A DNA stretch of 64,000 nucleotides from a virus, in IMG/VR virus record IMGVR_UViG_3300034093_003283, one strand, 5' to 3'. Below the pieces are notes generated by a model. The model ran no database searches. It saw nothing but the letters and a program-made list of their open reading frames with translations, and was not told the DNA's origin. Positions 35,942 through 46,971 of this stretch are shown here, piece by piece (within the stretch, counting starts at the first letter, position 1; each line of letters starts with the position of its first letter). A program made the position numbers and the translations under genes.

Positions 35942-36933
35942 TTTTCCTAACATTCCTGACAGCAATGGCGCTGTCGGGAGTTGCTGCTTATTATTCTGTC
36001 ATTGGATTGGCAGCAATATTTCCAGGTTCGTTTTGGCCTGTTGTTCTTATGGGTTCTGTACTTGAAGGTGCAAAACTGGTAACTGTTTCTTGGTTGTATC
36101 GTAATTGGAAAGAAATTCCAATACTGATGAAATCATATCTGGTTATAGCCTGTTTCATTTTGATGCTTATTACATCAATGGGCATTTTTGGTTATTTGTC
36201 AAAGGCACACCTGGAACATTCTTCTGATGCTGCACCATTGGTAAATAAAATTGCACTCATTGATGAAAAGATAAAAGTATCTAAGGAGAATGTTGATGTT
36301 AATCGCAAGGCACTCAAACAGATGGATGAGGCTGTGGACCAAGTTATGGGTCGCTCAAGTGATGAAAAGGGTGCCGAGAAAGCAGTGGTTATCCGTAGAG
36401 GGCAACAAAAGGAACGTGGAAGAATCTTTGCTGAAATCGAAGCCGAACAGAAAAAAATTGGCAGTCTTAATGAGGAACGGATGCCTATGGCCACAGAAGC
36501 TCAGAAGACCGCTGCGGACTTAGGACCAATTAAATATGTTGCAGAATTAATTTATGGTTCTGGTGATGCCGATGTGGTAGACAAAGCAGTCCGCCTGGTA
36601 ATCATGTTAATCATGGTTGTATTTGACCCGTTAGCTGTGTTATTATTGATTGCAGCAAACATGTCGATGCAAGATAGGCGTGTAAAGGAAATTGTACAAA
36701 AGCCGAATGAAGAATTGCCACCTGCGCCACCAATCAAAGAAGAATTGATAGAAGAACCTGAATCCAAAAAGGAAGAAACTGTAGAGATTAGAAAAGACAA
36801 CATGATTATAATTGATGAAGCCACTGGTGAATCAATACCACCAATTACTTCATCTGAACAACAATTACCTAAAAAGTTAGAACCTAAGTATGATTATGAT
36901 GAACCATATTCGTTTCGTGAAAAAGGAAAATAA
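35938..36933 (+). CDS. Multi-TM coiled-coil membrane protein
   Basis: 3 N-terminal TMs, ITSMGIFGYLSKAH, VFDPLAV. Confidence 0.7.
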   Translation: MIFLTFLTAMALSGVAAYYSVIGLAAIFPGSFWPVVLMGSVLEGAKLVTVSWLYRNWKEIPILMKSYLVIACFILMLITSMGIFGYLSKAHLEHSSDAAPLVNKIALIDEKIKVSKENVDVNRKALKQMDEAVDQVMGRSSDEKGAEKAVVIRRGQQKERGRIFAEIEAEQKKIGSLNEERMPMATEAQKTAADLGPIKYVAELIYGSGDADVVDKAVRLVIMLIMVVFDPLAVLLLIAANMSMQDRRVKEIVQKPNEELPPAPPIKEELIEEPESKKEETVEIRKDNMIIIDEATGESIPPITSSEQQLPKKLEPKYDYDEPYSFREKGK

Positions 36934-38001
36934 ATGAGCATTCTCGACAAAATTAAAAAGAACAGCAGTATCAAAGATTCTGCCATCTTATCAAAATCAA
37001 AATTCTTTAATGATAAAGATATGATTCCAACCGCAGTGCCAATCATTAACGTGGCACTTTCTGGTAAGTTAGACGGTGGTCTAACACCAGGTCTTACAAT
37101 GTGGGCCGGTCCATCTAAACACTTTAAGACAGCATTCAGTTTATTGATGGCCAAATCTTACTTGGACAAATATCCAGATGCAGCACTCCTATTCTATGAT
37201 TCGGAGTTTGGTACTCCACAGTCTTATTTTGACAGTTTTGGTATTGACACAGAGCGGGTGCTCCATACTCCTCTTACAGATATTGAACAACTCAAGTTCG
37301 ACATAATGGCTCAATTGACACAACTTGAGCGTGGTGATAAATTGATTATCGTCATTGATTCAATTGGCAACTTAGCATCAAAGAAAGAAGTTGAAGATGC
37401 TTTGGCTGAAAAATCAGTTGCTGATATGTCTAGAGCAAAACAAGTCAAGTCTTTGTTCCGTATGGTAACACCACACTTGTCTTTAAAAGATATTCCAATG
37501 GTTGTTGTTAATCACACATACATGGAAATTGGAATGTTCCCGAAAGCAATCGTTGGTGGTGGTACTGGTTCATACTACTCTGCTGATAATATTTTCATCA
37601 TCGGTCGCCAACAAGAAAAAGACGGTACAGAAGTTACCGGTTACAATTTTATTATTAACGTAGAGAAAAGTAGATATGTCAAAGAAAAATCTAAGATACC
37701 TGTTAGCGTATCTTTTGACGGTGGTATTAGCACTTGGTCTGGTTTGCTCGACCTTGCTTTGGAATCCAAGCATGTGGTCAAACCAAAGAATGGTTGGTAC
37801 CAACGTGTTGATTCTGACGGTGTGATTGAAGAAAAGAATTACCGTGAAAAAGAAACTGACACTAAAGATTTCTGGATGCCTATTCTTAAACAGAAATCTT
37901 TCCGTGATTTTGTTGAGAACAAATATCGTGTAGCAGCCGGTGAAATTATGACAAGCAACATTGACGAAACATTCGATGTTGAAACTATGAATGGTGCATG
38001 A
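36934..38001 (+). CDS. uvsX: RecA-like recombinase
   Basis: AGPSKHFKT, YDSEFG, DSIGNLAS. Confidence 0.96.
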   Translation: MSILDKIKKNSSIKDSAILSKSKFFNDKDMIPTAVPIINVALSGKLDGGLTPGLTMWAGPSKHFKTAFSLLMAKSYLDKYPDAALLFYDSEFGTPQSYFDSFGIDTERVLHTPLTDIEQLKFDIMAQLTQLERGDKLIIVIDSIGNLASKKEVEDALAEKSVADMSRAKQVKSLFRMVTPHLSLKDIPMVVVNHTYMEIGMFPKAIVGGGTGSYYSADNIFIIGRQQEKDGTEVTGYNFIINVEKSRYVKEKSKIPVSVSFDGGISTWSGLLDLALESKHVVKPKNGWYQRVDSDGVIEEKNYREKETDTKDFWMPILKQKSFRDFVENKYRVAAGEIMTSNIDETFDVETMNGA

Positions 38002-38321
38002 TGATAGAAGGTATTGATTATTGCTTCATCTATCCAAAAGATGACAAGTCTTCCGTTCATATTAAATTTTTGGATGGACCATACAAAGATACCATCTTCA
38101 AGTATGGTAAGGTAAAGTTCAAAGAAGAAAATGAACAAGTCTATTTACTTTTTGCTTACGATGTGTTAGAATCGACAGTCAAGAAGCCAGCCAAACTGGA
38201 AAAAGATGGCGACTTTAAAAATTATATTGGTGACTTATTGGTAGAAATAATGTCATCTAACATGGAACAGGAAGTGGTTGATGAAACTGGAACAGACGAT
38301 CTTAAAGAATCTAATTTATAA
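37998..38321 (+). CDS. Hypothetical protein (gp40 position)
   Basis: Between uvsX and gp41. Confidence 0.5.
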   Translation: MMIEGIDYCFIYPKDDKSSVHIKFLDGPYKDTIFKYGKVKFKEENEQVYLLFAYDVLESTVKKPAKLEKDGDFKNYIGDLLVEIMSSNMEQEVVDETGTDDLKESNL

Positions 38322-39675
38322 TGAAGAATATCTACGCAAGGTTTTGCCATTCTTAAAATCGGAATATTTTACAGACAGAACAGATAAGACATTATACCAT
38401 GAAATTGCATCGTTCACAGAAACTTACAATTCTCCACCAACGATTGAAGCGCTTGTATTGGCCGTCAAAGAGAGGCGTAACCTCACAGATGATGAAGTGG
38501 AGAAGTGTGAAACTTATCTCCAAGAAATTGCAAAAACTAAGGATGAAGAATCCAAGGTTCAATGGCTTACTGACAAAACCGAACAATTCTGTCAAGAGAA
38601 AGCGATATACAATGCAGTACTGGGGGCTATTTCCATACTTGACGGGAAAGACAAGACCCAAGACAAAGGTGCGATTCCCAAGGTATTATCGGACGCTCTG
38701 GCTGTAAGTTTCGATAATTCAGTTGGCCATGACTATCTAGAAAACTCGGAAGAACGATATGAATTCTACCATCGTAAAGAAGAACGAATCCCCTTTGATT
38801 TGGATTTCTTTAACAAGATCACAAAAGGTGGTCTACCTACTAAAACGCTTAATATCGCTCTTGCCGGAACTGGCGTGGGAAAAAGTTTGTTCATGTGCCA
38901 TGTGGCTGCGGGCTGTATGGTACAAGGCAAGAATGCACTTTACATCACCATGGAAATGGCTGAAGAAAAGATCGCAGAAAGAATAGATGCGAATCTATTG
39001 AATGTTACAGTTGATGACCTTGTAAATTTACCTAAAGAGATGTATGATAAGAAGATTGCTAAGCTCCGTGAAAAGACTATTGGAAAACTCATCATTAAAG
39101 AGTACCCTACAGCATCTGCGAGCACCACTCATTTTCGCACCTTACTCAATGAGCTTAACCTTAAAAAGTCTTTTGTTCCTGATATTATCTTTATTGATTA
39201 TCTTAACATTTGTTGTAGTGCTAGAGTTAAAGCTGGTGCTAACGTCAACAGTTACACCTATGTTAAGGCTATTGCCGAAGAATTGCGTGGACTTGCAGTT
39301 GAATACGGAGTACCAATTGTATCTGCAACACAAACAACAAGAAGTGGTTTTACTTCATCCGACCCAGGACTTGAGGACACAAGTGAGAGTTTTGGTCTGC
39401 CAGCAACCGCAGACTTGATGTTTGCTTTGATTTCTTCCGAAGAATTGGAAGAACTTGGTCAGATTATGGTCAAACAGTTGAAGAATCGTTACTCGGATCC
39501 AACAATGTATAAACGATTCACCTTGGGTATTGACAGAGCAAAGATGCGCCTGTATGATGTGGATCAATCTGGTCAAAATGGCATCACTGATTCCGGTCAA
39601 CCAGATAAACCACTCAACACATTTGGCAATAGAGAAAAACCACAAAAGAAATCATTTGATGGATTTAAAGTATGA
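38281..39675 (+). CDS. gp41: Replicative helicase
   Basis: AGTGVGKS, IDYLNI, SATQTTR, QLKNRY. Confidence 0.97.
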   Translation: MKLEQTILKNLIYNEEYLRKVLPFLKSEYFTDRTDKTLYHEIASFTETYNSPPTIEALVLAVKERRNLTDDEVEKCETYLQEIAKTKDEESKVQWLTDKTEQFCQEKAIYNAVLGAISILDGKDKTQDKGAIPKVLSDALAVSFDNSVGHDYLENSEERYEFYHRKEERIPFDLDFFNKITKGGLPTKTLNIALAGTGVGKSLFMCHVAAGCMVQGKNALYITMEMAEEKIAERIDANLLNVTVDDLVNLPKEMYDKKIAKLREKTIGKLIIKEYPTASASTTHFRTLLNELNLKKSFVPDIIFIDYLNICCSARVKAGANVNSYTYVKAIAEELRGLAVEYGVPIVSATQTTRSGFTSSDPGLEDTSESFGLPATADLMFALISSEELEELGQIMVKQLKNRYSDPTMYKRFTLGIDRAKMRLYDVDQSGQNGITDSGQPDKPLNTFGNREKPQKKSFDGFKV

Positions 39676-40778
39676 ATTTAACCAAAGATGATGCATTACA
39701 TTGTGCCAAAGTATTTCAAGATTACTTTGGTAACTTTCATCGTGTCGATGATTATATGCGTGACCAGAAATTGGCATCTTTGTCTGGTCTATCTTCCAAT
39801 CCTTTGTTTCCATTAGAAGATGATTTATTCTCAGACTTCACAATGCATCCAAATGATATGGATTTTGAAGTACTAGAAATACCACAAGAGACTTGGGAAA
39901 CATTACTCAATATTACCAGTTCACATATCAACATTTCACCAGTTGGCCGTCAGATAAGATTGGCCGTCAAAGAGAAGAACACAGGAAAGTTCGTTGGATT
40001 CATTCGATTAGGTTCACCTGTAATCAACATGAAACCACGCAATGAAATGCTTGGACAAGTGTTTACACAGAAACCGGAATGGTCCAAACGATTCAATGGG
40101 TCTGCAATGATGGGTTTTGTGATTGTACCAGCGCAACCTTTCGGTTTCAATTACCTTGGCGGAAAGTTACTTGCAGGTATATGTACATCACATGAAGTCC
40201 GTGAGATTGCAAACAAAAAGTATGGTATGAATCTGTGTTTGTTTGAGACTACCAGTTTGTATGGAAGTTCTAAGACCGTATCACAATATGATGGTATGAA
40301 ACCATATATTCGTTATAAAGGTTTGACTGACAGTGATTTCATTCCCATGATGCATGGTAAACCTTATGAAGATTTACGCAACTTTGTGGAAGATAAGGTT
40401 GGTGATATTGTTGATGAAGATGTTTCAAGTAAGAAGTTAAAGACTACCATGAGGATTATAGCTTTAACTAAAGCTGCACTTAAAGGCCAACCTGAAGGGG
40501 CATCATTCATGGAAACGATTGTCAATGCAAAAAAGTTGACAGAGCAAAAAAGATATTACATCAGTGATTATGGTTACAAAAACATGGTAGACTACGTTAA
40601 CTGTAAGACCGATATGCTTATTCCTGGTGAAAACTATGAGAAACACAATCTGGTAAACTTGATTGCATGGTGGAAGAACAAGGCATCAAACCGATTCGAC
40701 ACACTAAAGACTGAAAATAGATTGAGAACCGAATTAGAGGTTTGGACTTCTGGAAAGCCTATTGATATTATCAGATAA
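39672..40778 (+). CDS. DUF4338/DruA-like protein, paralog 2
   Basis: GFNYLGGKLLA, ETTSLYG, SQYDG. Confidence 0.65.
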   Translation: MNLTKDDALHCAKVFQDYFGNFHRVDDYMRDQKLASLSGLSSNPLFPLEDDLFSDFTMHPNDMDFEVLEIPQETWETLLNITSSHINISPVGRQIRLAVKEKNTGKFVGFIRLGSPVINMKPRNEMLGQVFTQKPEWSKRFNGSAMMGFVIVPAQPFGFNYLGGKLLAGICTSHEVREIANKKYGMNLCLFETTSLYGSSKTVSQYDGMKPYIRYKGLTDSDFIPMMHGKPYEDLRNFVEDKVGDIVDEDVSSKKLKTTMRIIALTKAALKGQPEGASFMETIVNAKKLTEQKRYYISDYGYKNMVDYVNCKTDMLIPGENYEKHNLVNLIAWWKNKASNRFDTLKTENRLRTELEVWTSGKPIDIIR

Positions 40779-40799
40779 ATACTTTTATTTGGGGTGAAA

Positions 40800-41507
40800 A
40801 TGGATACCAACAATAAAGGTTTTTTATATGAAAATACAATTAATAAAAATTTAAAAGCTGCAGGTGTGCAGAAAAAGTCTTTTGCTGGTGCAGGTGCAGA
40901 TTCGAATGCTCCGGATGCAGAAATAACTTTTAAAGGTAAAGATTACAAAGTTGAAGTTAAGTTGGATTTAAATGTTGATTTCGGACAAGGTTCACTTGAT
41001 TATGATTTAGATAAAGAAAAATGGAAACTCGGCGGCGCAAAGACTGCATCAGCAGAACAAATGAGAGAGTTTTTAACACAAATTGGTGTTCTTGATATGG
41101 TGAATAAAGAATGGGGACCAAAAGGTCCCCCAAGACGTTATACCGTACCAACAAGTAAATATAAAAAAGAAGATGTTGATTTTGACTATAAAAATTTCAA
41201 AGATTTTTTTGTTGATATACCAAAAACTTCAGTAGCAAATTATTATAATAGTAAAAAAACATATTATATACAAATTGGTGGTTATGGTTTATACCATATG
41301 GGTAAAGACATTGCTAAATTAGGCACAGAAGAATTTAAATTAAATTTGCGTTTGAGAGTTAGATTGAAACGTGGTGGAAGTAATCCAATTTACAACTATC
41401 GATTCACCACAGCAATTCAGGCGGTAAAGAATTCCTTGAAAAAATCAGATTCTGACCTTGATGATAAAGATTATTTAAAGGCTTTGGCTGCTAGAGGTAA
41501 AAAATAA
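40800..41507 (+). CDS. Putative PD-(D/E)xK nuclease
   Basis: G..YE, PD, EVK pattern. Confidence 0.55.
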   Translation: MDTNNKGFLYENTINKNLKAAGVQKKSFAGAGADSNAPDAEITFKGKDYKVEVKLDLNVDFGQGSLDYDLDKEKWKLGGAKTASAEQMREFLTQIGVLDMVNKEWGPKGPPRRYTVPTSKYKKEDVDFDYKNFKDFFVDIPKTSVANYYNSKKTYYIQIGGYGLYHMGKDIAKLGTEEFKLNLRLRVRLKRGGSNPIYNYRFTTAIQAVKNSLKKSDSDLDDKDYLKALAARGKK

Positions 41508-41809
41508 TGCCACTAACCGATTTTGATAAAATTTTAAAGAGTTACGAAGATTCAGAAGATGATTTTGGATTCTCTGCCGTATCTGAGCAAGAATATAACT
41601 CAGCCATCAAAGAGAGTGTTAAGACTGTTGAGACAGTTAAAAATACTTTATCTGAAACTGAACAACGAATGGTTGAACTTGAGAAGATGATTATTCCTTT
41701 CCTAAAGAAACTACATAGTACAGGTGATAAAGAATACATCTATTGGCCAAACCGTAAACCTGCAATTGAAAAACAAATAGAGAAAATATTAAAACTGACT
41801 AGAGGATGA
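41507..41809 (+). CDS. Hypothetical protein
   Basis: DDFGFSAV, KEYIYWPNR. Confidence 0.6.
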   Translation: MPLTDFDKILKSYEDSEDDFGFSAVSEQEYNSAIKESVKTVETVKNTLSETEQRMVELEKMIIPFLKKLHSTGDKEYIYWPNRKPAIEKQIEKILKLTRG

Positions 41810-41812
41810 TTT

Positions 41813-42523
41813 ATGTCTGCGACTGTGATTTTGCCAACTACTGGTGTTCCGGAGTTGAGAAGTGCTGTTCAAAGTGTACTTGAACAAACCTATGATACTA
41901 AATGTTATGTTGTTGCTGATGGTTTTAAATGCCATTCAAACACTAGAATAATAACAGATGATTTTTTAAGCCGAAAAAATCTGGAAAGATGTTATTTGCC
42001 TATCAATGTTGGTGCCAATGGTTTTTATGGTCACCGAACCTATGCCGCATTCACACACTTAATTGATACCAAATATGTTTTGTATTTGGACCAAGATTGT
42101 TGGCTCGATCCAGACCACGTTGAAAATTGTATTCAAACAATTGAACAAAATGATTTGGATTGGTCATATTCACTCAGAAAAATATATGACAAAGATGGCA
42201 ATTATATTACAAATGATGACTGTGAATCATTAGGTAAATGGCAATCTTATCATGGTATCAATCATATAGATACAAATTGCTATTGCCTCAAGACTGAAAT
42301 TGCGATAAAATTAGCACAAGTCTGGCATGGCGGTTGGGGACAAGATAGAGTTTGGTTACAGGTGTTATCACAACATTTTCCTAAGTATGAATGTACCAGA
42401 AAATACACAGTAAATTATAGAGTAGATGGTAATGCAGGTTCAGTCAATGCCGACTTCTTTCACAATGGTAATAAAATAATGAATGAAAAATATAATGGAG
42501 TTTTCCCGTGGCAAAAAATTTAA
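41813..42523 (+). CDS. Glycosyltransferase family 2
   Basis: VILPT, SVLEQTY, YLDQD, GQDR. Confidence 0.85.
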   Translation: MSATVILPTTGVPELRSAVQSVLEQTYDTKCYVVADGFKCHSNTRIITDDFLSRKNLERCYLPINVGANGFYGHRTYAAFTHLIDTKYVLYLDQDCWLDPDHVENCIQTIEQNDLDWSYSLRKIYDKDGNYITNDDCESLGKWQSYHGINHIDTNCYCLKTEIAIKLAQVWHGGWGQDRVWLQVLSQHFPKYECTRKYTVNYRVDGNAGSVNADFFHNGNKIMNEKYNGVFPWQKI

Positions 42524-43365
42524 TAATCGGTGCTTTTACAGGTTACAATTACAATCAATTGAAACCATGGGTTGAATCAATTGATTCTTGTGGTTTTGTT
42601 GGTGACAAAGTGATGGTTGTTGGTGATGCATCGCAAGACACTAGGAACGAATTACTCAAACAAGGTTTTCGGTTACATGATATGCCAAGAATTAATGCAC
42701 CAATACATGTTGCAAGATTTTGGTCAATCTATGACTTTCTTCATAACAACTGGGAAGAATATGATATTGTTGTAACCACAGATGTTAAAGATGTATATTT
42801 CCAAAGAGACCCTTGTGCATGGATTAAGGAATACACAGACAAACCATTGGTTGCTGGTTCCGAATCTTTACGTTATAAAGACGAATCTTGGGGTGATGAA
42901 AATTTGATGCAGGCTTATGGTCCAGAAGTTTACGAAAGATTCAAAAACAATATCATCTATAACGTAGGAACCTTTGGTGGCCAATCCGATTATGTTAGAG
43001 ATATGTGTTTCAACATCTTCACCAATTCACTCAACAGGCCAATTCCTATTGTTGACCAGGCGGTCTATAATGTTTTAATCAATACACAACCTTATAAAGA
43101 TAATGTATTGTTTACCAACCAGGAAGATGGCTGGGCGGTACAACTTGGCACTACTGGTGACCCATCTAAGATGGAACGTTTCCGACCAAACTTAACTGAA
43201 CCCGAACCACTATTTGATTACAATAAAAAAGTAATTACAACATCGGCCGGTGAACCACATTGCATTGTACATCAGTATGATCGTGTTCCACTTTGGCAGA
43301 GTTTGGTTAGAAACATGTTTAACCAAGAAGACCCCAATCAATTTTTTACATTTAGGACTACATAA
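42508..43365 (+). CDS. GT-A glycosyltransferase-like
   Basis: TDVKDVYFQRDP, NVGT, DQAVYN, HQYDR. Confidence 0.7.
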   Translation: MAKNLIIGAFTGYNYNQLKPWVESIDSCGFVGDKVMVVGDASQDTRNELLKQGFRLHDMPRINAPIHVARFWSIYDFLHNNWEEYDIVVTTDVKDVYFQRDPCAWIKEYTDKPLVAGSESLRYKDESWGDENLMQAYGPEVYERFKNNIIYNVGTFGGQSDYVRDMCFNIFTNSLNRPIPIVDQAVYNVLINTQPYKDNVLFTNQEDGWAVQLGTTGDPSKMERFRPNLTEPEPLFDYNKKVITTSAGEPHCIVHQYDRVPLWQSLVRNMFNQEDPNQFFTFRTT

Positions 43366-43835
43366 TGAGTGAATTAATAATGATTCCAGTAAAAACAGAA
43401 TCTGATGTTGAAACGTTGCGGCAAATTAGAAATGTTTGCAAAAATTTTATGACAAGACATACCGATGAAATAACATACGAACAACAACAAAACTGGTATA
43501 AAAACATTGACAAAGACACCAATAAACTTTATTTGTTACATAAAATATATTGTGGATCCGTTGGTGATATTATTGGTTATGGATACATAAGAATTGAAGA
43601 TGGTTGTGTACTATTAACGGGTGGTTTAATTGAATCTGAGAGAGCTAAAGGATATGGCCACATCCTTTTTGAATATCTTGTAAAGAATTCTGAACAGTTT
43701 AAAATACCAATTAAATTAGAGGTATTAAAAACAAACATGAAAGCATTTTCTGTTTACAACAAAATTGGTTTTAGGGTTACCGCAGACGATGGTAAAGTAA
43801 TTAAAATGGAGTATTATTATGATTCAGTTATTTAA
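43365..43835 (+). CDS. GNAT acetyltransferase (sugar N-acetyltransferase-like)
   Basis: RAKGYG, LEVLKTN..AFSVYNKIGF. Confidence 0.8.
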   Translation: MSELIMIPVKTESDVETLRQIRNVCKNFMTRHTDEITYEQQQNWYKNIDKDTNKLYLLHKIYCGSVGDIIGYGYIRIEDGCVLLTGGLIESERAKGYGHILFEYLVKNSEQFKIPIKLEVLKTNMKAFSVYNKIGFRVTADDGKVIKMEYYYDSVI

Positions 43836-44895
43836 AGTTAGAATGTCGGAGAGAGCTCCGGAAGAAGTTGGTAAAGTTTTACTATCCGGATTTATTGGCC
43901 AAGGTTCAAAAGTTGAAGAATTTGAAACTGCTTTACAAAAAGAATTAAAAACCAGTCAAAGACCGGTAACAATAAATTCTTGCACCTCAGCAATTGATTT
44001 GGCTCTACATCTATGTGGTGTACAACCTGGTGATGAAGTTATTGCAACTCCACAAACTTGTTTTGCTTCACAAGTGGGTATCATTCATCGGCACGCTAGA
44101 ATTAGATGGGCAGATATTGACCCTGTAACCGGACTAATGGATCCAGAATCTGCTAGGAAATTGGTTAACGAAAAAACAAAAGCAATTGTTGCAGTTAATT
44201 GGGCAGGTAGAATTTGTGATTTTAAAACACTAAAGTCATTTGGTGTTCCTGTTATTGAAGATGCTGCACATACATGGGATTCTTTTCTGGAAGAAAAACC
44301 TGAACGTGGTGATTACATTTGTTATAGTCTACAAGCAATTAAGTTTTTAACAAGTGCTGATGGTGGTCTTTTGGTTTGTCCAAATGAAGAAAAAACAGAA
44401 GAAGCTAAAATTCTTAGATGGTATGGTTTAGACAGAACTAAATCAGAATCATTTAGGTGTACACAAAATATTAAAAGAGCTGGCCACAAATATCATATGA
44501 ATGATGTTAATGCTATGATTGGTTTATGTAACATCCCAGAAGCCAGAGAATCCGTGTTACAACAAAGACAAAATGCAAAATTTCTTATTGAGAATGTTAA
44601 GAATCCAAATTTAATAATGCCAACATATGATGAAACTTGTTCATTTTGGTTGTTAAGTATGCATGTCTTATCTGGAAGAAAAGCAGAATTTATAAAATAT
44701 TTGGAAACCAATGGTATTGTTTCCAGTCCAGTACACTTTAGAAATGACATGTACGATTCAACAATTCAATTCAAAGAAGGTGAATTGCCTGGTGTTACCA
44801 GTTTTGATGCATCTCAAACCTGTGTTCCTATTGGTTGGTGGTTGAGTGAATCTGATTTGCTTAAAATTGTAGATGTAATGAATAAATTTAATTGA
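43819..44895 (+). CDS. DegT/DnrJ/StrS sugar aminotransferase
   Basis: NSCTSA, IEDAAH, SLQAIK..TSADGG. Confidence 0.92.
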   Translation: MIQLFKVRMSERAPEEVGKVLLSGFIGQGSKVEEFETALQKELKTSQRPVTINSCTSAIDLALHLCGVQPGDEVIATPQTCFASQVGIIHRHARIRWADIDPVTGLMDPESARKLVNEKTKAIVAVNWAGRICDFKTLKSFGVPVIEDAAHTWDSFLEEKPERGDYICYSLQAIKFLTSADGGLLVCPNEEKTEEAKILRWYGLDRTKSESFRCTQNIKRAGHKYHMNDVNAMIGLCNIPEARESVLQQRQNAKFLIENVKNPNLIMPTYDETCSFWLLSMHVLSGRKAEFIKYLETNGIVSSPVHFRNDMYDSTIQFKEGELPGVTSFDASQTCVPIGWWLSESDLLKIVDVMNKFN

Positions 44896-45632
44896 TGGCT
44901 TCTTTATCATTTTACATTCCTGGATTTTACGAAGAAGCTTCAATTGAAGTTATTAAAAGTATACGTAAATTTTATCCAGAAAACACTATTATTATATCTT
45001 CCGATTCTGGTCCTAACTATTATGATGTTTCAAAAGAATACAATTGTAATTTTCAATATTACGATTATCATATAGGATATTCCGTAAAACCTTACGGCCT
45101 AACAAAGTACAAAGCTTTAGAATTTCTTAAAAGATTTTATGTTGCTTGCCTTTTATCCAAAGAAACACATATAATGTGTGCTGAAGATGATATTACTTTA
45201 TTGGGTAAAGTTCATATAGAAGATTCTTGGGAATTATATGCACATCCAGTAACAAATTGGGTACCAGAGTTTTTATTGGATTTTTGTAAACAAGTTTCTG
45301 GTGTTTATCCATCTAGGCCATATTACGGTGCCGGCGGAGGCACCATCTTTAAAGTCGATACATTCATACAAAATTACTTTTTCATAGTAAATATATTCGA
45401 ACAACACTATGAAGAAATACAAAAACATTATCCAACTTTTGGTTACTATGATTGTTTTTTGACGATATTCTATTTCTTATGTGGAAAAGAATATGTAATC
45501 AATAATGGCATATTCGAAATTAAGCCATTCAACAAAAATTTCGATCTTTCTACTGTGGATAGTACAAAATATCCCATAGTACATCTTTACAAAAATCATT
45601 ATCCCAAAGATTACGGAGGCTTTTTATGGTGA
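44895..45632 (+). CDS. Glycosyltransferase-like hypothetical
   Basis: EDD and GGGT motifs; cluster context. Confidence 0.5.
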   Translation: MASLSFYIPGFYEEASIEVIKSIRKFYPENTIIISSDSGPNYYDVSKEYNCNFQYYDYHIGYSVKPYGLTKYKALEFLKRFYVACLLSKETHIMCAEDDITLLGKVHIEDSWELYAHPVTNWVPEFLLDFCKQVSGVYPSRPYYGAGGGTIFKVDTFIQNYFFIVNIFEQHYEEIQKHYPTFGYYDCFLTIFYFLCGKEYVINNGIFEIKPFNKNFDLSTVDSTKYPIVHLYKNHYPKDYGGFLW

Positions 45633-46159
45633 ACACATATATTACATTACACAAATGTCCAGGTTTCGGACTTACAGAACTTCTATCAAATAAGATTGAT
45701 GTTGTTGGTCTTGAAATTGGTTGTGATGTTGCTGCAACAACTGAATATTTATTGGAAACTCTTCCGAGTTTAACATTACATTCTATTGATCCATATACAC
45801 AATATATGGATTGGAATGGCACAATTGTTCCTAGTCGTGAAAATGATTATCAGACTGCCATGAATAAATTGAAAAAATATGGCAAACGATTCTTTATGCA
45901 TAAAAAAGATTCTGCTGTATGTTATGATGAATTCGAAGATGGTTTCTTTGATTTTATTTTTGTTGACGGTATACACACATATGATGGAGTAATGTCAGAT
46001 TGTATGAAATATTATTCTAAAGTTAAACCTGGAGGCATCTTTTCTGGCCACGATTTCAGTATGATACCTGATGTTAACAGAGCGGTCAATGAGTTTGCAG
46101 CTTTACATGGTAAACAAATATTGAACACAGAAGTTGATGTTTGGTATTGGTACAAATAA
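45626..46159 (+). CDS. SAM methyltransferase (Methyltransf_24-like)
   Basis: EIG, IDPY, FVDGIH, GGIFSGHD. Confidence 0.85.
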   Translation: MVNTYITLHKCPGFGLTELLSNKIDVVGLEIGCDVAATTEYLLETLPSLTLHSIDPYTQYMDWNGTIVPSRENDYQTAMNKLKKYGKRFFMHKKDSAVCYDEFEDGFFDFIFVDGIHTYDGVMSDCMKYYSKVKPGGIFSGHDFSMIPDVNRAVNEFAALHGKQILNTEVDVWYWYK

Positions 46160-46161
46160 AA

Positions 46162-46971
46162 ATGAAAAAATACATATATTATCACATATATCTGACAGAT
46201 GAAACTGGATGTTGGTATAATTTATTCTTAGATCAATTGTATGATGTTATTGATTCTGGTCTATATGACAATATAGAAAAGATGTATGTTGTTTGTATTG
46301 GCCGCAGAAGTGAGATAGAATTATTTGCGGGCATATGTAATTGTTATCACAAGATTGAAATTTTAAATAAGCTTTATCTAGATGAGGATAAAGTAGAGGA
46401 TTTGTCATTGGCATACACCTCCACTGTTGATTATGAAAAAAATAATTTACATGATGAAACTTCAACAATGTGTCATTTACAAGAACATGCAAAAAGAGAA
46501 GATGCACAGTTCTTATACTTCCACTCAAAAGGAGTTACAGCTGCATGGAGAATGAAGGTGGAAAGACACTCACAAGCTTTCATTAATTATTACCTATGGA
46601 GAAAATTCTTGGCTTGGGGATGTATTGAAAACTGGAGAATTTGTACAGAAAAATTAGAGAACCATTCTTGCGCCGGTGTTAATTTTGGTTCATGGCCTGT
46701 ACCTCATTATTCTGGTACATTTTGGTGGACAAAATCTGAATATGTTAGAAAACTACCAAACATTAAAGAAAATGATTGGTGGACAAACTTAATGAAAACT
46801 ACACCATTGAACACCTATGATTCCAACAGAGGTAAACCAGAGATGTGGATTGGCACACGCTTTGATAATGATTTTTATAATATTATTAGTTCAAGTATAA
46901 TGCCACCACAAGGAACACCAATACAAAATCATTGGCCAAGGTCAAAATATGAAGGTGCTGTTAATAAATGA
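46162..46971 (+). CDS. Glycosyltransferase-like hypothetical
   Basis: LYFHSKG, HYSGTFWW, EMWIG. Confidence 0.5.
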   Translation: MKKYIYYHIYLTDETGCWYNLFLDQLYDVIDSGLYDNIEKMYVVCIGRRSEIELFAGICNCYHKIEILNKLYLDEDKVEDLSLAYTSTVDYEKNNLHDETSTMCHLQEHAKREDAQFLYFHSKGVTAAWRMKVERHSQAFINYYLWRKFLAWGCIENWRICTEKLENHSCAGVNFGSWPVPHYSGTFWWTKSEYVRKLPNIKENDWWTNLMKTTPLNTYDSNRGKPEMWIGTRFDNDFYNIISSSIMPPQGTPIQNHWPRSKYEGAVNK